From an uncultured Deinococcales bacterium (GTDB lineage Bacteria > Deinococcota > Deinococci > Deinococcales > JAAFIG01), in NCBI GenBank assembly GCA_964244895.1, contig CAXTKV010000088.1:1-10896 (forward strand): a stretch of DNA of 10,896 nt. The letters run 5' to 3'. The notes beneath the pieces are model-generated. The model ran no database searches. It was not told where the DNA came from and was given only the letters and a program-made list of their open reading frames with translations. Positions 6,934 through 10,896 of the stretch are shown here, in pieces. Numbering within the stretch: position 1 is the first letter of the stretch; every line of letters begins with the position of its first letter. The translations under genes and the position numbers were made by a program.

Positions 6934-7495
6934 CGCTTTCCCCTGGAGCGTTCGCCCCTGGAGCCGCGCCACCGGACGGCTCCGCCCTGAGGTACCACAG
7001 GTCGAGGCTAGGCGGTTTGTGCCCGAGCGAGCGGATCATCTGCACGATCTGAGCGGTGTGGCGCACCTCGTGCTGCATGGCGTGCCAGACGACCTCATCG
7101 GCTGACATGGTTTCTGGGCGATCCTCGGCGAGCTTGACCGCAGGGTTCTCTGCGACGACGGCCATCAGCGCGGGCCAGCGGGCCAACGTGTCCGTCTCTA
7201 CGGCTCGCCAGTACGCCAGCAGAGATTCCAGTGATTCATTTTGATGGTGCCAGTACGCGTCCTCGGAGGTCGGCGCTCTGTTCATGGCATCCATCACCAT
7301 CGGTTGACCGAGCAAATCCCCTCGGAACCAGCCGTCCTCGACCACGGCGATGTGCGCCACCAGGTCCTTGATGCAGCGCGCTCCGTCCGTCGGAACGACC
7401 GCTTTTGAAAGCGTCTCGTCGGGTAGGGTCTCGAGCGAGGCCCAGAGTTTGCGGCGCGCCCACATCAGGTAACGGTAGAACGCTTCTGCGGTCAC
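6926..7495 (-). CDS. DinB/YfiT-family four-helix metalloprotein, 189 aa
   Basis: His pattern IKDLVAHIAVVEDGW and WHAMQHEVRHTAQI..MIR.LG..PP. GTG start with SD AGGAG at 7503-7507. Confidence 0.9.
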   Translation of the reverse strand: MTAEAFYRYLMWARRKLWASLETLPDETLSKAVVPTDGARCIKDLVAHIAVVEDGWFRGDLLGQPMVMDAMNRAPTSEDAYWHHQNESLESLLAYWRAVETDTLARWPALMAVVAENPAVKLAEDRPETMSADEVVWHAMQHEVRHTAQIVQMIRSLGHKPPSLDLWYLRAEPSGGAAPGANAPGESDG

Positions 7496-7537
7496 GTGAA
7501 GACTCCTTTTCGCGGAACAGTCGTGACGATCCGCTGT

Positions 7538-7846
7538 TCAAGCGCGGCTGCGGGCGCGTCGGGCGTGAACCTCGAGTTGCACGGTCACGGTATCGCCTTC
7601 TTCCAGACCTTCCGCTTCGCGGACGCTGGTTTTGATCGGCACGACGTAGCGGCCCTCTTTGGGAAACAAGGAGGTCTTCCATTCGGTCTCACCGATGCGC
7701 GCGTTGACCGGGATCATGCCCCAGCCGTAGGTCACCAACCTCGCGGCAGTCTTGATGGCGGCGCACTCCGATTCTGGAACGGTCACGAAGTAATACGGGG
7801 CGGGGCCGCGCCAGTGCCAGATTTCACCGCGAAATTCCAGGCTCAT
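7538..7846 (-). CDS. DUF1905 domain protein, 102 aa
   Basis: F.GEIWHWRGPAPYYFVTVP...YGWGMIPV.ARIG.TEWKTSLFPK...YVVPIK.SVR.AEGL..GD.VTV. Confidence 0.88.
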   Translation of the reverse strand: MSLEFRGEIWHWRGPAPYYFVTVPESECAAIKTAARLVTYGWGMIPVNARIGETEWKTSLFPKEGRYVVPIKTSVREAEGLEEGDTVTVQLEVHARRARSRA

Positions 7847-7855
7847 GGGTTCAAC

Positions 7856-8371
7856 CTATTTCTGAATCAGGTCTGAGGCAGCCACAGCATCGGCTGAAGC
7901 TCGATCGCCGGTGACCGCGCGGCGGTGGTAGTCAATCTGCCCGAGGTGATACACCAGGTGCGTCAGAAACTGAAGCAGGGTGAGCCTGATCGAGAATTCT
8001 GCGTCCGCGAATTGCACCGGAAAGGCTTCCTTCAAGCGGTCTTCGCTCAGGTTTGCGAAGGCTGCCCGCACAGCTTGTCCGGCTCTCGAGAGTTCTCGCT
8101 TGAGTTCGTTTCGGGACGCGTCGCGCCTGCTGAATTCCGCCGCTCGATCCCGAACGTATCCCGACTCGCCGAGTACCGCCCCAAAAAAGTATTGCAAACT
8201 TCCCGCCAGGTGCAAGAACAACGTGCCTGCCGGGTTAGGCAAGCCCGGAAGTTCTTTCCAGATGCCCCTTTCGTCGGGGTAGAGGTCTAGCTCGCGCTCC
8301 AGGGTGGCCAACTCGCGCAAGTAGAGCGTTGCTAGTTCCTGGAGCAGGCTCGGGTCGGTGGCTTCTGGCAT
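7856..8371 (-). CDS. DinB-family (DUF1572 / DinB_2-like) protein, about 171 aa
   Basis: Motifs NPAGTLFLHLAGSL...YVRDRAAEF and LTHLVYHLGQIDYHRR. SD GGAGGT at 8378-8383 favours ATG 8371. Confidence 0.87.
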   Translation of the reverse strand: MPEATDPSLLQELATLYLRELATLERELDLYPDERGIWKELPGLPNPAGTLFLHLAGSLQYFFGAVLGESGYVRDRAAEFSRRDASRNELKRELSRAGQAVRAAFANLSEDRLKEAFPVQFADAEFSIRLTLLQFLTHLVYHLGQIDYHRRAVTGDRASADAVAASDLIQK

Positions 8372-8399
8372 GTCCATACCTCCGTTCATTGTTACGAAA

Positions 8400-8429
8400 A
8401 TTGTACTGAGAATTACGCTAACACCGTAT
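8400..8429 (-). promoter_or_regulatory. Promoter of the DinB operon: -10 TACAAT (8400-8405) plus an RDRM-like 17-mer TTACGCTAACACCGTAT (8413-8429)
   Basis: AT-rich stretch. The 17-mer has 2 mismatches to the DdrO-box pattern TTAYGYYnnnRRCRTAA. Confidence 0.5.
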
Positions 8430-8492
8430 TATGGCGCGGTCAACCTGCGACCTCACGCGGTCAGAGCGCCCCGAACAGTGCTGTAGCGCCGC

Positions 8493-8543
8493 AAACACCG
8501 TCCTAGACGAGATTCCCGAGAATGCGTCCAGGACGGTGTTCTT
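8493..8543. repeat. Paired motif, locus 7 (centres 8504 and 8530, 26 bp)
   Basis: AAACACCGTCC-T-AGACG ... GCGTCC-A-GGACGGTGTTCTT. Confidence 0.88.
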
Positions 8544-8556
8544 TAGGGACACACAT

Positions 8557-8591
8557 GAAAAGCCCTCGAGCCAGACGGCGCTCGAGGGCTT
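8557..8591 (-). terminator. Probable intrinsic terminator of the desaturase gene
   Basis: 12-bp perfect stem AAGCCCTCGAGC / GCTCGAGGGCTT with an 8-nt loop, ending in TTTTC. It starts 16 nt after the stop. The U-tract is short. Confidence 0.65.
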
Positions 8592-8607
8592 CGGGTTTGC
8601 GCGTGGC

Positions 8608-9717
8608 TCAATCGTCGGCGGAAATCGGCTCGGGCTGGGCGCGCTGCGTGGGCCACAAGGGGTTCGGCACGAGCGGCACGGGATCGATCTTGTCCATGCC
8701 GTAGCTGGCCTCGTACTTCTGGATTTTCTGGTAGAGCTTCTGCACGTCGCGCTCGAGGTTGGTGGGATCAAACGTCTCCCAGATGGCGGTCTGGCGCATC
8801 TGACCGTCCTCGTCGGGAACCAGGCGCGTGCGTTTGATGCCGTCCTCGAGGTGGCGCTTGCCCTTGACGCCGAACTGGTCGAACACGACCGCCACCACGT
8901 CGCGGGCGTACTCGCGCGGCCCGTAGATGGCGGTGCGGTACGCGACCTCGTAGAACGCATCCCAGTTGGGCACGATATCGCTGGCGGGCATGGCGAAGTG
9001 GTTGATCACGTCGCGCATGGCTTCCAGGGTTTCAGTCGGGTAGTAGTACATGAACAGCTTCGCGCATTCCAAAAAGAAGTTGTAGTGCGCGGCCTCGTCA
9101 GCCGCGATGGTCACCGAGACCTTGGCCAGCACGGGGTCTTCGTTGCCCAGCATTTCTTCTTTGGTGGGCTTACCGACCGCGACTTTGGCCAGGTTCAGGT
9201 AGTTGAGCTGCGTGGCGCGCTCCTGGAAAACGGTGTACAGCAACACGTGCAACGCGTCATCCCAAGGTAGCTTCCACTCGTTGGTGCGCAGCTGGTACTT
9301 GTAATCCTCGAGGTACGCGGGCGTGCGGCTCTTGGAGAACAACACCGCGTTCTCCCAGGTGTCGGCGTGCTTTTCTTCCTCGCTGCCCCAGCGCATCTGG
9401 AAGTGGCTGCGACCGTGGCTGCGGCGCACCATGTAGAGGAATTTCGCGACGTAATCCGGCGCGTACTGCTCGACGGCGAAGAAGCCTTCGAGCACCTGCT
9501 GGACTTGCGGGCTGTAATCGGTGCGCATGTTGCGCCAGTCGAAACCCGAATCCGGGTTCCAGTTGCGGGTTTCCTGGCTGCGGGAGGTGTACCAGCGGTA
9601 CAGACCCAGGATGCCGCGTTCGATCAGGCGGTCGCGGTAGGAACGGGACAGCAGGGCGGCGGGTGAAACCGGGCGGTCGGCCTCGATCAGTTCTCGAGGG
9701 GGCGTGATGATGTTCAT
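8608..9717 (-). CDS. Soluble di-iron acyl-ACP desaturase family protein (FA_desaturase_2, ferritin-like), 369 aa
   Basis: Two ExxH motifs (WGSEEEKHAD, IAADEAAHYNFF), plus YTVFQERATQLNYLN and FAMPA. SD AAGGAG at 9722-9727. Confidence 0.88.
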   Translation of the reverse strand: MNIITPPRELIEADRPVSPAALLSRSYRDRLIERGILGLYRWYTSRSQETRNWNPDSGFDWRNMRTDYSPQVQQVLEGFFAVEQYAPDYVAKFLYMVRRSHGRSHFQMRWGSEEEKHADTWENAVLFSKSRTPAYLEDYKYQLRTNEWKLPWDDALHVLLYTVFQERATQLNYLNLAKVAVGKPTKEEMLGNEDPVLAKVSVTIAADEAAHYNFFLECAKLFMYYYPTETLEAMRDVINHFAMPASDIVPNWDAFYEVAYRTAIYGPREYARDVVAVVFDQFGVKGKRHLEDGIKRTRLVPDEDGQMRQTAIWETFDPTNLERDVQKLYQKIQKYEASYGMDKIDPVPLVPNPLWPTQRAQPEPISADD

Positions 9718-9797
9718 GGGACTCCTTGCATGGGGTGGGTACTCGAGCCGTGCGGCTCGGGTGGTTCAGACTTCAGCGTCGGGATGAATGGCTCATC

Positions 9798-10241
9798 TTA
9801 CGCGTTGAAGCGCACCCACAAGACGAAGGATTTGCGCCAGACCGACGACGGATTCGGGCGGCGCGCCCACTCGCAGGAACCGGCCAGGAAGGCCAGAACG
9901 CTTTTCAGCACGACATCGAGCGTGATCCGTACCGTCAGCGGGCGCGTCACCCAGGCCATGCTGGACGGGGTTTCGTCGCGCTCTTCGCGCTGCAAGGCCA
10001 GGAAAGCGGAAATCAAAGCGGCAATCAACCACGCGCGGCTGGCCTCGAGCCGCGCCGTGCCGGACTGCCAGGTCGGACTGGCCTCGAGCCGCAACACGAA
10101 CGCCTGCCAGGACGGGTTGGCCTCGAGCCGAGAGACCAGCGCCGAGACCTCGAGCCGCGCGGCCAGCGACGATCCGACGATTCGTGCCGCCACGAGCGGC
10201 AACGCCAATCCCAACTCCAGTCGGAGCGTCGGGACGGGCAT
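9798..10241 (-). CDS. Hypothetical hydrophobic protein with 13-aa RLEA..W repeats (existence and start uncertain)
   Basis: Co-oriented ORF filling the gap, with an in-frame 39-bp repeat. No recognisable family and no SD sequence. Confidence 0.4.
   Translation of the reverse strand: MPVPTLRLELGLALPLVAARIVGSSLAARLEVSALVSRLEANPSWQAFVLRLEASPTWQSGTARLEASRAWLIAALISAFLALQREERDETPSSMAWVTRPLTVRITLDVVLKSVLAFLAGSCEWARRPNPSSVWRKSFVLWVRFNA
10039..10130. repeat. Degenerate 39-bp tandem repeat (about 2.4 units) anchored on GGCCTCGAGCCG
   Basis: CTCGAG at 10044, 10083 and 10122 (39-bp period), then at 10149. The units share CTGCCAGG.CGG. Confidence 0.75.
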
Positions 10242-10323
10242 GGCGCGCAGGACAATCACAGGGTCAGCGTACCAGGAACGAACCGGGCAGATTGGGGCGT
10301 TTGACCGTCTCAAATCATGATTT

Positions 10324-10364
10324 GAACACCGTTCAAACCGAAAATTGGTGTCGTGGACGGCGTG
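10324..10364. repeat. Degenerate paired-motif copy (centres about 10335 and 10354)
   Basis: GAACACCGTTC-A-AACCG ... TGTCG-T-GGACGGCGTG. The 19-bp spacing does not fit the pattern of the other loci. Confidence 0.45.
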
Positions 10365-10432
10365 CAATACCAAAGACTCGCGAGCCTGAGAATCCATCCC
10401 GAGATCGACTCCAGGAAGCCGGGCTGAGATTC

Positions 10433-10482
10433 GAGAACACCGTCCAGCACGCAGAACAAGGATGCCCTCAGGGACGGTCTTT
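10433..10482. repeat. Paired motif, locus 8 (centres 10446 and 10471, 25 bp)
   Basis: GAGAACACCGTCC-A-GCACGC ... CCTCA-G-GGACGGTCTTT. The right site overlaps the last codons and stop of the thioesterase gene. Confidence 0.8.
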
Positions 10483-10863
10483 GCTCAGCCCGGCTCGAAT
10501 CTCTGGTGGAAGCGGCGTCGGCGCGTTCGTGCCGTGCCGCACACCGACGTAGGTAATGAACGCCGTAAAACAGGCGCGCTCATCGATGCTCGCTTCAAAT
10601 TGCACTTCAAAAGACGTGTTGCCCCAACGCCCCACCGACACCGCGATCTCGAGCACGTCGCCCAGGCGCGCGGGCGCGTGCCACTCGATCGCGGCCTTCT
10701 TGAGCATCACGTCGTGCCCGATGGCCTCGAGCCCTTCCGGGACGCAATCCCTGATCCAGCAATCCATCGCGTCGTCGCAGTAGGAAAGGTAATTCGCGTT
10801 GAAGACCACACCCTGCGGATCGAGTTCCCCGTACCGGACGCGCAACGAATGCAGGTAAGCCAC
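10468..10863 (-). CDS. Acyl-CoA thioesterase (4HBT / YbgC / FadM hotdog fold), 131 aa
   Basis: Motifs LRVRYGELDPQGVVFNANYLSY.D, IEWHAPARLGDVLEI and GNTSF. GTG start lies 5 nt after TAGAGT (10869-10874). Confidence 0.92.
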   Translation of the reverse strand: MAYLHSLRVRYGELDPQGVVFNANYLSYCDDAMDCWIRDCVPEGLEAIGHDVMLKKAAIEWHAPARLGDVLEIAVSVGRWGNTSFEVQFEASIDERACFTAFITYVGVRHGTNAPTPLPPEIRAGLSKDRP

Positions 10864-10896
10864 GCATCACTCTAACCGCAAGGTTTGGCTTGCGGC

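Noticed and set aside
1462..8389. Longer N-termini in the ORF track (ADH to 1857, SCP2 to 1991, pheA to 3066, allE to 5507, GNAT to 6972, DinB to 8389)
   Set aside because: The extensions overlap neighbouring genes, promoters or repeats. SD or -10 positions support the shorter starts.
193..9270. Long plus-strand ORFs (193-1530, 2296-3027, 3374-4177, 5534-6196, 6214-6855, 8431-9270 and others)
   Set aside because: They are antisense shadows of well-supported minus-strand genes in high-GC DNA and have no family motifs.
9726..10320. Plus-strand ORFs 9726-10304 and 9730-10320 as the real gene in this gap
   Set aside because: They have low-complexity Arg/Ser/Ala-rich composition, no SD sequence, and start within or next to the desaturase SD region. 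They cannot be fully excluded.
291..10482. Paired motif read as a CRISPR array or as integron attC sites
   Set aside because: The copies are dispersed, degenerate and separated by whole genes, including housekeeping pheA with its own promoter. There are no regular spacers, cas genes or integrase, and no consistent RYYYAAC/GTTRRRY attC ends.
291..10482. Paired motif read as ordinary intrinsic terminators or LexA boxes
   Set aside because: There is no consistent U-tract on the transcribed strand, and the desaturase has its own separate terminator upstream of locus 7. GAAC and GTTC are 15 nt apart in the dyad, not GAAC-N4-GTTC.
1..10896. Autonomous mobile element, prophage, tRNA or rRNA
   Set aside because: No transposase, integrase or phage protein motifs and no tRNA/rRNA signatures were seen.

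Overview
GC-rich bacterial chromosomal window, probably Deinococcota. That assignment is inference from TAnnnT -10 boxes directly before start codons, multiple DinB genes, an RDRM-like box and CTCGAG excess. All credible genes are on the minus strand. From right to left: acyl-CoA thioesterase, a doubtful orphan ORF with 13-aa repeats, a soluble acyl-ACP-type desaturase, a DinB-DUF1905-DinB-GNAT operon, a stand-alone RelA/SpoT-type HD hydrolase, allE plus a plant-type ureidoglycolate amidohydrolase, pheA, SCP2 plus a Zn-dependent dehydrogenase, and the 5' end of a DUF5565/RLIG1-like RNA ligase that the ORF track missed. The most striking unexplained signal is non-coding. Every intergenic gap longer than about 100 bp carries a pair of quasi-palindromic sites (GAACACCGTCC-N-G[G/C]ACG...). 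Their centre-to-centre spacing is 25-26 or 35-36 bp, two classes one helical turn apart. Two structured REP-like repeat families and about 50 CTCGAG palindromes are also present.
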